Source: Blepharisma stoltei ATCC 30299
Taxonomy: Eukaryota > Protista > Ciliophora
Assembly (NCBI GenBank): GCA_965603825.1
Contig: CBFDEM010000036.1
Span: 988,431 to 1,052,430, forward strand
Direction: 5' to 3'
DNA: 64,000 nt
Shown here: piece after piece, positions 36,894 through 47,365 of the stretch
How positions within the stretch are numbered: the first letter of the stretch is position 1
Layout of the letters: the number at the start of each line of letters is the position of its first letter
The notes under the pieces: generated by a model
The model's database searches: none
What the model saw: only the letters and a program-made list of their open reading frames with translations
What the model was told of the DNA's origin: nothing
Translations under genes and position numbers: made by a program

Positions 36894-38754
36894 TGCTTGA
36901 ACAATATTATTATTTCATAAGAAAAATTTGATGCTTGCTGCTAATTATATCATGGCAATCATTTTAATAAATAAGGTAGCTTAAGATGGTAATTTTGAAA
37001 GTTAAAGAGCTTCATAAATTCTTGTTTTTAATCGAGCTTAGTAAATATGATTGTTTTATTAGCCAGTTAATTCATTAAGCGCTTTAATTCAAAATTTCAC
37101 TGTCTAAATGCGTTAAGAGGCTTTCAAAAAAAGGTTTTTTTTTCTTAATTACTTAAGACACTCAAATTTCTTAGTTTTAAATTAGCAGACATTCCGCAAG
37201 AACTTAATTTTAATATACCTATTTCAGATAAAAATAATGAATATAATGAAAAAAAATTAAAATATTAAGTGTGGATTTTAATTTTGCAGAATTAAGTAAA
37301 GAAATTATTCGAAAAAAATACTAATTTATAGTTATATGAATAAAACAAAAAATAATGATGGAATATGTGCCTTTAAAGATTTTTGATCATGGATCCAAAT
37401 TAAAACTAGTCAAAGCTACGGACACTAGGCATTTGTTATAAATACTTTTTTAATGTTTTAGCTCAAGAAAACAATAATTGCATATAGAATAAACTTTTGA
37501 AATTATAGCTGCAATAATTTCATATGAATATCTGAGTTTCAAGTACTAGCTCAGTTGTATATTTGGGTAAATAATAAATCAATACATAATCTTAAATTCA
37601 TTTCGGGAAAAAATTTTATTTCATAAATTATTAATTTATTCTCATAATTTCCCTGAAATATATCTAAACATTACTGCAAAGTAAATACTGTAAGGCTCTC
37701 TAGTCACGCACTTAAATATTATGTTCTTAGAATGTATTAGCTGACTACATTTAAGGCATCATACTATTACAATTTCAGCTGGATAGCTCCATAAAATATA
37801 ATGAATTAGAAATGCTCTACCTCAACATTATTTTCCTATTAGAATAAAATATTTTTCTCAGTCAATAATAGCTGAAATCATTCATAGTAGACTCCTTCAC
37901 TTAGCATCTTGACTCAATATACACTAAAATTCAAAAATAGACCAGTGAATTTCAAGTATTTTTATATTCAACAACATGAGTCAAATGGTAAAAATAGCAA
38001 TTAGCTGTATAACGACTGAAAATAAGAAAAATACTCTAGGAAAGAACTAAAAATTCTTTAAACATAAATATTCAATAAAAAAAGACTTAATTCTTTAGCT
38101 TAGCAGCTTTTATCATAAGAATTAACATCATTTTCAATTTATTGACTATTTTTTTTTTATATAAAATCCATTTTAATAACACACTTTAAATCAATAAGCA
38201 AAAGAGTTTTAAAATAAAAGACTATTAAATAATCAAGCAGAAAACTAAGTATGCTAAAAATAGAATATAATATTTTACCTTTTCGTTTTATTTTTAATTA
38301 TAATTAATCTAAGATAAAAATTGATTAAATTTCAAATTCAATCTTTTAATAAATTATCAATATATTTTTAATTTTTTTTGATAAACTAGAATTAATTCGG
38401 GAAACATAAAGAAAGCTTGATAAAAGGAATAATATAAAAATGAAATTTTTTATAAATCAGCTCTTGCTAATATCAAATTTATTCCAAAAATACCTGAAAT
38501 CAGCTTAATTTCTATATTAACAATAATAATTTGATAATCAACTAAAATTACCTATATGAGCAAATTCAATTTCTGAAAATATTTCCACATAAAACTATCA
38601 GCCTCATTTTTTATTACAAGACTTCTTTAATTTTATTTATCTTTAATTTAAAATTTTGCATGAGAAGCTTTTTATATAAAATATAAACTAAATTAAATCA
38701 TTCCTAAACTATATAAAATGGATCGCCATCAATTATTTTCCAGCTGATTATAAA

Positions 38755-39165
38755 ATGGAACCTCCAGTTGAAACCAGCGTCGTCAACAATACTGTTTTTT
38801 CGAGCATGTATTCACTTATAAACTCCAAATTTCTGGTAACCGACGATTTCCCTAGTCTCGTATTGCCAAATATTTTCAGCCAAAATAGGGAAGAAAAAGA
38901 AGCCTTTCAAGAATCAAAAAGTCCTAAAAAGGATAAACTTAAAAGAAGGAGAAAAAAGCCGAGAGGAATCACCTCATGTCCTCACATTTACAAAAAACAT
39001 TACGCCAAAGGGATGTGTAATTCTTGTTATCACAGATTTGGCAGAGACTCATTCGCATGGAAGTGTCCGCATACAGACAGAAAACATTATGCTAAAGGAA
39101 AATGCGAATTATGCTATATAAAACACTACTCAGAAGCGAGCACAAAGGTTAAAATTGTGCTTTAA
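38755..39165 (+). CDS. two-finger Cys/His protein, 136 aa
   Basis: CPHIYKKHYAKGMCNSCYH and CPHTDRKHYAKGKCELCY, preceded by a basic NLS-like KRRRKK. Confidence 0.9.
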   Translation: MEPPVETSVVNNTVFSSMYSLINSKFLVTDDFPSLVLPNIFSQNREEKEAFQESKSPKKDKLKRRRKKPRGITSCPHIYKKHYAKGMCNSCYHRFGRDSFAWKCPHTDRKHYAKGKCELCYIKHYSEASTKVKIVL

Positions 39166-40346
39166 GAATCTTATAACTAAAATTAATGGAAATGGCACTC
39201 ATTTGAGACTAATAAATATGAAATAAAACGTCACCAAAAAATTCACCTTTAATAAAATTACTTACCTTTATAGTTTGAAGTAAAAAAATTAAAATGTATG
39301 TGACTTGTCTTTTGATAAATTAATCAAATAGTTAGTTGATGATTTTGCCAGTAAAAAGTTGAACTATAATAGACTAAAGAAAAAAGCAAAATTTAAAACA
39401 TAAGCTTTTGCTTCAGCTAAAAGTTTAATAAATTTATTGGGGAAATAAATTATCAAAACAATTGATAGCCTCGTTTACCTTTCGATTATATTGAAACTTG
39501 AATCTTTATAGTCTTGCTACATAAAAATGCAACAACAAACTATTAAATCTCATATAGCATTTTCTATTGAGACGATCTGACTCCTCCATAAAAAGAAGCC
39601 TTTAAATTCCTTCCACATCGCATTTTTTTCTGTAACCTGAACTAAGGAGTTCCGAATTTTGCGTTAAATAGTTTATTAATTCTTAAAAATAAAACCGAAC
39701 AAAACATTTCATAGTAGCCTTTGAATATTTAATAGCAAAAGGGAAAAGAATTAATCGAAAATTAGATAAGTCAATCTTGTTTAGATGGAATAGCAGAATT
39801 TAGAAATATAAAACGGCAAATATACCTAGTTTTATAGTTTTTATTTAAAATAGCTCTTTAGCCTTACAATTTATGATAATTATTACAAAAAATTGATTTT
39901 AATCTACGAATTATTTCTTTAGATAAAGGAAAAGACATAATCTTGATTTCCTAAAGGACAAAAAATAATCCAAGCAATAAATCTAAAATTCATAAGGCAA
40001 TTATCTTCCTTATAAATATTTAATTTCTTTCTACATATTTATTAAAGATAATTGCACTCAAATCCGTTTTCCTTACTAAAATCCCAAAAAATTATCCTTA
40101 TATAAATCTTGAAAAATTTATTGGCATTTTTCCCATTATTGACCTCTTCAAAATCCCTATAAATTTCTCTCACAATACTCTCCACAGCTTCGACCAATTC
40201 CATGTAAATTCTCAAATTCTATTTTTTCTTCCTTTAACTAAATATGTTTTAACCTTATTTTTCCAAAAATCTTCTTAAATTTTTCTCTCCACATGCCATG
40301 CCTTTTTAAAACCCTCGCTGAATTTAAATCGTAATAATATCCTCAA

Positions 40347-42410
40347 ATGAATGTCCCAAAAATACTTGAAAATCTCAACGATTTCCATCAAAATAACTAT
40401 GAAAGAAAAGAACTTATTCACTTCACTGAAGACTTAAAGACTTTAATTTCTGAGTCGACCAAGAATCTTCACTACGTTGGTCCTGAGGTAAACCCAACAA
40501 ACCAAATGATCAACAGGGTCAATAATTTGTTGCCGAAGCCGCCAAATTTTCAAAAACTTAACCTTTTTAACCTTTTCGCCAAACATGCGAGTTCAAAAAG
40601 GCTTCGTATAAATTTACCGACTACATTAGTAAGAATAGAGCATATGCCAAAGCTTTATTTGATTAACAGCAACAATGAAGGCGTTCATTCAACAGAATCG
40701 TCAGCAGAGGAATTTTTTAACTTGGTTTTTGCAGGTAAAGTCGATTATAGTATGCCTACATTTTGCATTAAAATTTCTGGTGAAGTTATGTGTCTACTTT
40801 CAAAAGAAATCGCTATCAAAAAATGGCATTCCTCAGATGATCCAGCCTTAATTCAGTACTTTATCCAAAGCAAAGCAAATCCAGCCACAATTACAAGAAT
40901 TCTTTGGAGAAAAGGTGCAAAACTTAAATATTTCACTATAACTAATAAGAAAAGGGTTGGGAAAAAACTTGCAAAAAGCGCCACAATGTCTTCGCCAAAT
41001 TTTGTATTCAAAAGAGCTAAGCCAAATTTAAATTCTCATGACGGTAGACATGCAACAGTTGTTTTAAACACTCCGCAAGCCTTCACTTATAACCAACTGA
41101 AGCAGAATTTAAAATTTACAAAAAAAAATAAAAGATTAACTGTACCATATGAGCCTCAAGAATTTCCAGCAAAACGTAGTCTGGACTGTGATGATATTAA
41201 AATTACGAAAACTCTGTCTAATGAGTTTAATTTTGAGGAAAATTCACATTCACCTATGGTTGATGACCACACAGATAACCCAATGGATAATTACTTAGTT
41301 GTTACTAAAGATATTGATAGCTGCTATGCAGCTGAATCTTTCCAAAAAATAGGAGAAATAGAGCTTATGGTCGAGCATATAATAGATTTTTTAAATAGTG
41401 TTTTATTTGACCAATATGGAGGGCTTAAAGGAATTGTCCTTGATTTTGTGAAGGATAAAAACAATAACTGGTTTTTATTAGACTGTAAGGAACATTTGGT
41501 AGATTATTCTATTCATAGCAAACCAAAAATGAAGCTTGATATGCCCAAAAATCACGACCATGAGCATTTAGAAAGAGCAAAAACCGATATTAGTGATATT
41601 CCTAATGAAGAATCCAGACCTGTTTCTACTACTTCAATGAACCCAATCAGCGAAAAAGTTGAAGAGGTGCTATCATGCCCATTCAAAATCCGCACAAAAG
41701 CTCCCAAAATCCCTCACGAACTGACCTCAGAACAAGATATTATAGAAAGACTAAATAAAGTAAACATGAAAATCGACCGACTTAATGCACAAAAATCCCC
41801 TAGAAGAATAAGTCCTATAAACAGAGAAGAAAGTATTCATGAATATTTAGAAAGCTTTAACCACACAAAAGCTCCTATGACCCCATCACTGGGGCATTTT
41901 TCATCAAAAATGTTGCAAGACCAATCTCCAGGTGACGAAAAACGAATTGATGACGGAATCGAAAGAAAATGCATTGAGGGAGTCATTGGGACTTATGATG
42001 AAATGACTATGAATATAAAAATCGCAAAGGTAAGAGAACAAGATATCGTCATAAAATACGGCGGAGAACAGTTTTGGGGGAAATTCATCATAAGTTTATA
42101 TAACAAAATTTTATCGTGCGATTTATTAAACAAATATTTCAAGAAATCGACCATGGAAAGTTTTGAAGGGATTGTGACTGGGATGTTTAAAATTATTAAT
42201 GGGAGCTTGAATTTAGAACTTAGGCGAAGACTTAGAGCGGCACATTATTTAAGGGGAATTACGCTTGAAGAGTTTTACTGCTATGCAGATATTTTTGATG
42301 TGACTTTGACTGAGTTTGGGGTTGATGACGATGATAAGCAAGGAATTATGTCACAAATAAGGTCTATGAAAACTTTAATATGCAAACAAGAAATAGAGAA
42401 CAGTAAATAA
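40347..42410 (+). CDS. ATP-grasp-like domain fused to a C-terminal group I (2/2) truncated haemoglobin, 687 aa
   Basis: The C-terminal KYGG..F....LYNKIL..DLL..YF...LRAAH...GIT.EEF...TL.EFGV fits the trHb pattern. N-terminal LIQYFI and VLDFVKDKNNNWFLLD resemble ATP-grasp motifs. Confidence 0.8.
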   Translation: MNVPKILENLNDFHQNNYERKELIHFTEDLKTLISESTKNLHYVGPEVNPTNQMINRVNNLLPKPPNFQKLNLFNLFAKHASSKRLRINLPTTLVRIEHMPKLYLINSNNEGVHSTESSAEEFFNLVFAGKVDYSMPTFCIKISGEVMCLLSKEIAIKKWHSSDDPALIQYFIQSKANPATITRILWRKGAKLKYFTITNKKRVGKKLAKSATMSSPNFVFKRAKPNLNSHDGRHATVVLNTPQAFTYNQLKQNLKFTKKNKRLTVPYEPQEFPAKRSLDCDDIKITKTLSNEFNFEENSHSPMVDDHTDNPMDNYLVVTKDIDSCYAAESFQKIGEIELMVEHIIDFLNSVLFDQYGGLKGIVLDFVKDKNNNWFLLDCKEHLVDYSIHSKPKMKLDMPKNHDHEHLERAKTDISDIPNEESRPVSTTSMNPISEKVEEVLSCPFKIRTKAPKIPHELTSEQDIIERLNKVNMKIDRLNAQKSPRRISPINREESIHEYLESFNHTKAPMTPSLGHFSSKMLQDQSPGDEKRIDDGIERKCIEGVIGTYDEMTMNIKIAKVREQDIVIKYGGEQFWGKFIISLYNKILSCDLLNKYFKKSTMESFEGIVTGMFKIINGSLNLELRRRLRAAHYLRGITLEEFYCYADIFDVTLTEFGVDDDDKQGIMSQIRSMKTLICKQEIENSK

Positions 42411-42599
42411 AGAAAATACAGACTAAAATAATTAAAATTATTTTTGAAATTTTTGCAAATTAAATCTTTATAAGGGTACAGAAAAATAAAAAGTATATAT
42501 AAAATATACCTTGCCATTAGTCTTAAATGAAGAAATTGAATTTATTGCGGCTTCTAATTTGAGCTTCAAAACATTTTATTTTTCTTTTTAAAGTCTCTA

Positions 42600-42960
42600 T
42601 TATTTTCTTTATCCATGTGCTTCCCAATGCATGGGCTAAGTACTCGACATTTTTACTAATATTTTTACATTTTTGCTAAATTAATTAGCAGTATCGAGGT
42701 TTTTATCTGTTAAGAAAATTTATACCCTTTAATTTTTTCATCAACCCATGTTGAGAACTCATTTTAAAACTTTAAAAATCGTGTCATGAAGTCTATAAAG
42801 CCTTTTCTCGATTTGCTCAATTAATTGCCCATGTAGAGATTTAAGAGGTGCTTCATAGAAGAAGACTTTAGCTCATTTTTTCATTCTTTAATGCTCTTCT
42901 TAGCTCTTTTATTTCTTCTCTCACCAATTCCATCTTCATCTTGCTGATTTAAGTTTCTTT
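42600..42960 (-). pseudogene. remnant of the subtelomeric coiled-coil gene family
   Basis: 42800-42890 aligns by eye with 58455-58560 (ttaattgccYatgtagagatttaaRagRtgcttcatag...gaagactttagc). Confidence 0.7.
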
Positions 42961-43149
42961 TGTCAACAAATGTTTTTTGTTGAATTGGTTGACCTCTTGC
43001 CTACAGGGGCTGATAAATTATCAAAAACTCATTTTTTATGTCCTCAAAAGCTTATTGATTAAGAGATTCGAGCATTGCTACTTATAATGAAGATTCTATA
43101 TTTTTTATCTGATTCACTTAAAGATTTATTACCTAAATTCTTTTTTAAG

Positions 43150-43550
43150 CTCTCTCAATCTTTATACCTTAGTCAAATGCCCCAAGCTGATTACAATTGT
43201 CATACCATAATATTTAATAGGAATATTTTGATTTCTGGGTATTATAATCAGCACATTCTTATGAATTCAGCTGAACTTGATTCTTTTTCAATAATCCCAT
43301 ATGTGTTTTCATTTTGTAAAACAAAGATCATTATAAATGCAGAGAGATTGTACTTGCTTGCGTGCGGAATAGAAGGGAAAATCTAATTGAAAGCTGGTAA
43401 TTTATGGAGATGTTGGTTTTAGTGATGCTCAAATTTATTATTTATATAATAAAGGATGAGTATATATCGGATGCTTGGAAGATCGAAAAACCGCCTATTT
43501 CAAATTTAGTTTAAATCCAAAGGTTATTGTAAGACTTGCAAAATTTAAAT
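43150..43550 (+). pseudogene. C-terminal fragment of the Kelch-like family
   Basis: MPQADYNCH..IFNRNILISG...DSFSIIPY...IINAERLYL matches 60745-61200; premature TAA at 43384 followed by degenerate sequence. Confidence 0.75.
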
Positions 43551-44320
43551 TAAGTTTCTGCTTTCACTACTCTTACTATAAATTATTGCTGACTTCTTTC
43601 TATTAATTTCTAAAAAATATCAAGCCTTATAAAAATTTCATTTTTCAACTGTATTTTCCATTAATCAGGGCATTTGCTCATATTTTTTCTTTCCTTTATA
43701 AATAATATGTAAATATTAATGTAATTTTACATTTTTGAGTATTTAAACAAAGTATCAAACTAATAATAGAATAAATTAATACTTTAAAATAATCAGCAGA
43801 GATTTTGGCGATATTTAATATTTTTCAATTTTTTCATTTTTAACGAAAATTGATAATAGCCAAATTAATCCTTCCCTTTTGTATTAGAATTTTCAATTAC
43901 CCCAAAAAATAACGAGTTTTTATAATAGTGTTGCAATAAGCATTAAAGTACCTAAAAATGCTCCCTGAAATTTTATTCCAAAAATACTCATCATTCGCCC
44001 CACTTTCATAAATGCAGTTGACAACTGGTTAAATATATAGACTCTTGAATTCCTGCAAGTAATATTTTTACACTATGAGTAGGGAGATCAATAGGAATTG
44101 CTAAGCATGAACAGCGAGAAAAATGCTCTCGTGTATTTATGAGTTTTCTTGTTTTAAATTTAGAATTTACATTCAAAGTGACCTGTTTATTTTCAATATG
44201 CCCATTTACTGTATACTGATTTCAGCTTTCTATGATGTCTTTTTCAGAAAAAACTTCCCCTTCAATTTTCATTATTTCTAATATTAATTTTTATACCCTT
44301 AAATTTTGTGAAATAGAAAT

Positions 44321-46063
44321 TTATTCTTTAACTAATTCTAGACAATCCTGATATGTCTTCCAAAATGGGATTTTTTCCTCAAGCTGCTTCATAACATTTA
44401 AGCATAATTCTTCTCTATAAGGCGGTGCCATAATTTGGACACAAAGAGGCAGTCCTTTGCTGTCCTGCATGTTCTTATTCATAACTTTAGTCCAGTGTTC
44501 TTCAGTTTCTGGATAAAATTCTTCATTTTCATTGACTACCCCTACAGGGACATTTCCTGCTGGACAGTCTAATAGATTGAAAAATGTAGAGTATATAAAG
44601 CCTGGGTATAATTCTTGGAAAGAGCCGTGAAGTATCGCTGGGACTGGGTATGGGCCTATAATTACGTCAATTCCAAGGTCTATCCATTTCTTTATAAATT
44701 CATTTTTTATTTGGGTCGCTTTGATAAGATTTTTAACATAGTCATATGCAGATTTCAAACAGCTTCCTTTAGCGTAAAATGTCTCTTTATTTTTAGAGAA
44801 ATTCTTTTTCAGCTGTGCAAGCCAAGATTTTCCTGCTTGGAATTTTTGTCTAAAGAGATCTGGCTCTCCTATTTCTTTTGAATCTGAATTTTCCATGATG
44901 CTGACTAAGAGCTCGTTACAAATATCCAAATCAGGGAGGTCGATTTTGATAAACTCATGGTCTTCCAAGGCATTCTTTGCTAAGGTCATAGCCCTTTGCA
45001 TGCAAGATGGTAGCGGCCAATATTCATTGCTTTCTATATATCCAATCCTAAGCTTTCTTTTTTCTCTGTATTTTTCCTCATTCCAAAATATAGGTGGAGT
45101 CAAAGGATCTTTTTTGAAAACATAGTCGCTACAAAGCACCTGGAAAAATAACGCTAAATCTTCAGTGGATTTTGCCATTGGTCCATATGCAGCAGACAGC
45201 ACTGGAAAAGGGTGCGAAGATTGATTAGGACAAAACTTAGAAATTCTGCCTGCAGTCGGCTTAATACCATACAGCCCACAAAATGCTGAAGGAATTCTTA
45301 TACTCCCATACAGCTCAGAGCCAATCCCTAATGCACAACATCCACTAGCAACCAAGCCTGCATCTCCACCACTGGACCCACCTGGTGTCCTCAAATACCT
45401 CCAAGGATTTTCAGCTTGTCCTGTAGCCCAATTATTTGTCTCAAAAGCTCCTAGCCCTTGAGGTACCGTTCCAGTCACATAAAATACTGCCCCTCCTCTC
45501 CTAAGTGCGTCAATTATTAAGCAGTCTTCATTTTGTAAATTATGACTGAGCATAGTAAAGCCTTTTGTAGCTGGGAAATTTTTGACCTGAATCATGTCTT
45601 TAACACTAATGGGAATTCCATGGAATGGTCCCCGCTTATGGCCTGACTTAAGCTCTTCATCTAAAGCCCTTGCACAAGCTAAAGCTTCATCAATATTGAC
45701 TGCATTTATTAGATTTCTTGAAATTGCATGAGTCTTTAGACGATTAAGGTAGGTGATTAATAATTCCTCGCAGGAAAAATCGCCATTGTCGAGACTTTCA
45801 CGTAATTCGTGGATATTTGAAGAGCGGATTTTTGAGATTTTTTCTTCTGAGACTTTTGGGAGCTTTGAGATAGAGGATAGTGCAGCTTTCGTGGAGTTGT
45901 ATTTATTCTGTGCCTTCTTGATTTGTGAAGGATTGTTTTTAGAAAGCTTTCGGCGTTTAATTTGAGAGGCTGAGTAAAAAGTTATTGCGGCAAGGACGGA
46001 AAGAAGCAGAGCTTTTTGCTTTGGAGGGATTTCCTGATTAAGCATCTTTTTAAGAAAGTCCAT
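44321..46063 (-). CDS. amidase signature family protein (FAAH-like), 580 aa
   Basis: GPFHGIPISVKD, NPW..RTPGGSSGG, GSIRIPSAFCGLYGIKPT, GLPLCVQ and an N-terminal TM anchor. Confidence 0.93.
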   Translation of the reverse strand: MDFLKKMLNQEIPPKQKALLLSVLAAITFYSASQIKRRKLSKNNPSQIKKAQNKYNSTKAALSSISKLPKVSEEKISKIRSSNIHELRESLDNGDFSCEELLITYLNRLKTHAISRNLINAVNIDEALACARALDEELKSGHKRGPFHGIPISVKDMIQVKNFPATKGFTMLSHNLQNEDCLIIDALRRGGAVFYVTGTVPQGLGAFETNNWATGQAENPWRYLRTPGGSSGGDAGLVASGCCALGIGSELYGSIRIPSAFCGLYGIKPTAGRISKFCPNQSSHPFPVLSAAYGPMAKSTEDLALFFQVLCSDYVFKKDPLTPPIFWNEEKYREKRKLRIGYIESNEYWPLPSCMQRAMTLAKNALEDHEFIKIDLPDLDICNELLVSIMENSDSKEIGEPDLFRQKFQAGKSWLAQLKKNFSKNKETFYAKGSCLKSAYDYVKNLIKATQIKNEFIKKWIDLGIDVIIGPYPVPAILHGSFQELYPGFIYSTFFNLLDCPAGNVPVGVVNENEEFYPETEEHWTKVMNKNMQDSKGLPLCVQIMAPPYREELCLNVMKQLEEKIPFWKTYQDCLELVKE

Positions 46064-47365
46064 GATTTTCTTTGTAATATCAAAGAAAAAGGAATTAAAT
46101 TAGTTTTAAAAATATAGCATAAAAATTTTAAATTGTTATCTTTTTAAAACAAAGTCTTGTATTTTGATAATAAAGTGAAACTTGGAAATTCAAAAATAAT
46201 AATTTTTTGTTTGACTTGAAAATTTTCAAAAAGACTTTAAAAAAATATGCTTTAGAGTTGCAGTAAATAAAATTTTTGCTTTTTATTGCCTTTATACAGC
46301 AAATCTCTTTTCTGATTGGAGTAACGATAAGCATCCATCTGCACTTGAGACAATATAAATATAAGCAGTCAGAATTAAAAAATATAACCGTAATGTTGGC
46401 ATACTTTGTATTCGGTAGTAGAAGTAATCAAAAAATAATATTTTTCTGAGAAATTTTGAAAACATTTCCATTTTATATTTTTTTATATTCTAAATTTAGA
46501 TAATTTTCTCTTATTAATACAATTAAAGCTCTTTTTCAATTTAAATATTGATTTTAAATCTTAAATATAAGTTCAAACTATATTTTTAATGCCTAGTTAT
46601 TAATATCTTTTTTCTTGAAAATTTTGAAACCATTTATTTTCAAAATTTTAAGGTTTCTGATCATTTCAATGTTGGAATTCCGGTTTCTGTGCTCTGAAAA
46701 TCAAACATTTTTATAAAAAAATTTTAGAGAGGAAGCAAGAGAGTAATGATTTGTTTTGAAAATACACCTTTTATTAATCTTTGTTGCTATAGATAGCAAA
46801 ACTCATTGTTATAAGATAATATCATTTATAACCTTAAATTTTCTTGATTTTTATAAAGAAACGATTAAATTGAAAAATAATATAATAAATAGCTTAATCA
46901 TAGGCTATGATTTTTTTTTTGTGATTGAAAACTGACAAAAAATATTTTCAAATTTACTTATACGATCAAAAAAAATTATTAAAGGGGTATTCTTTGATCT
47001 AATTTATAATTTATATCGAAATGCAATAATTTTACAATTTAATAAGTACCAAAATCAATACAATTTCATGAATAGTCTATATATAAGGACATTTCAGATA
47101 AAACTTTAAATTTAGCGATTTTTCTAAATTGCATTATAGCTTGTATCAACTTTTAATCAGACTTTGGAGGTAAATGTCTCAAGTTTAGACCTATTACTTG
47201 GAGAAAGTGAAAAAATCGAATTGAAAAACCAGCCAATGTCAGCTAAATTTCCAAGCTTGGCTGATCAAATTCAAGTGGTAAACAAAAAATGATATATTAT
47301 AGGGTATTTATCTTCAAACGAGCTCTCAGACTATATAAACTATCTGTTATAATTAGTGTTTAATA

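Noticed and set aside
47140-47355. Open ~70-codon stretch upstream of the PAS gene
   Set aside because: No suitable start, no recognisable motif and no 15-nt intron linking it to the downstream gene; at most a fragment.
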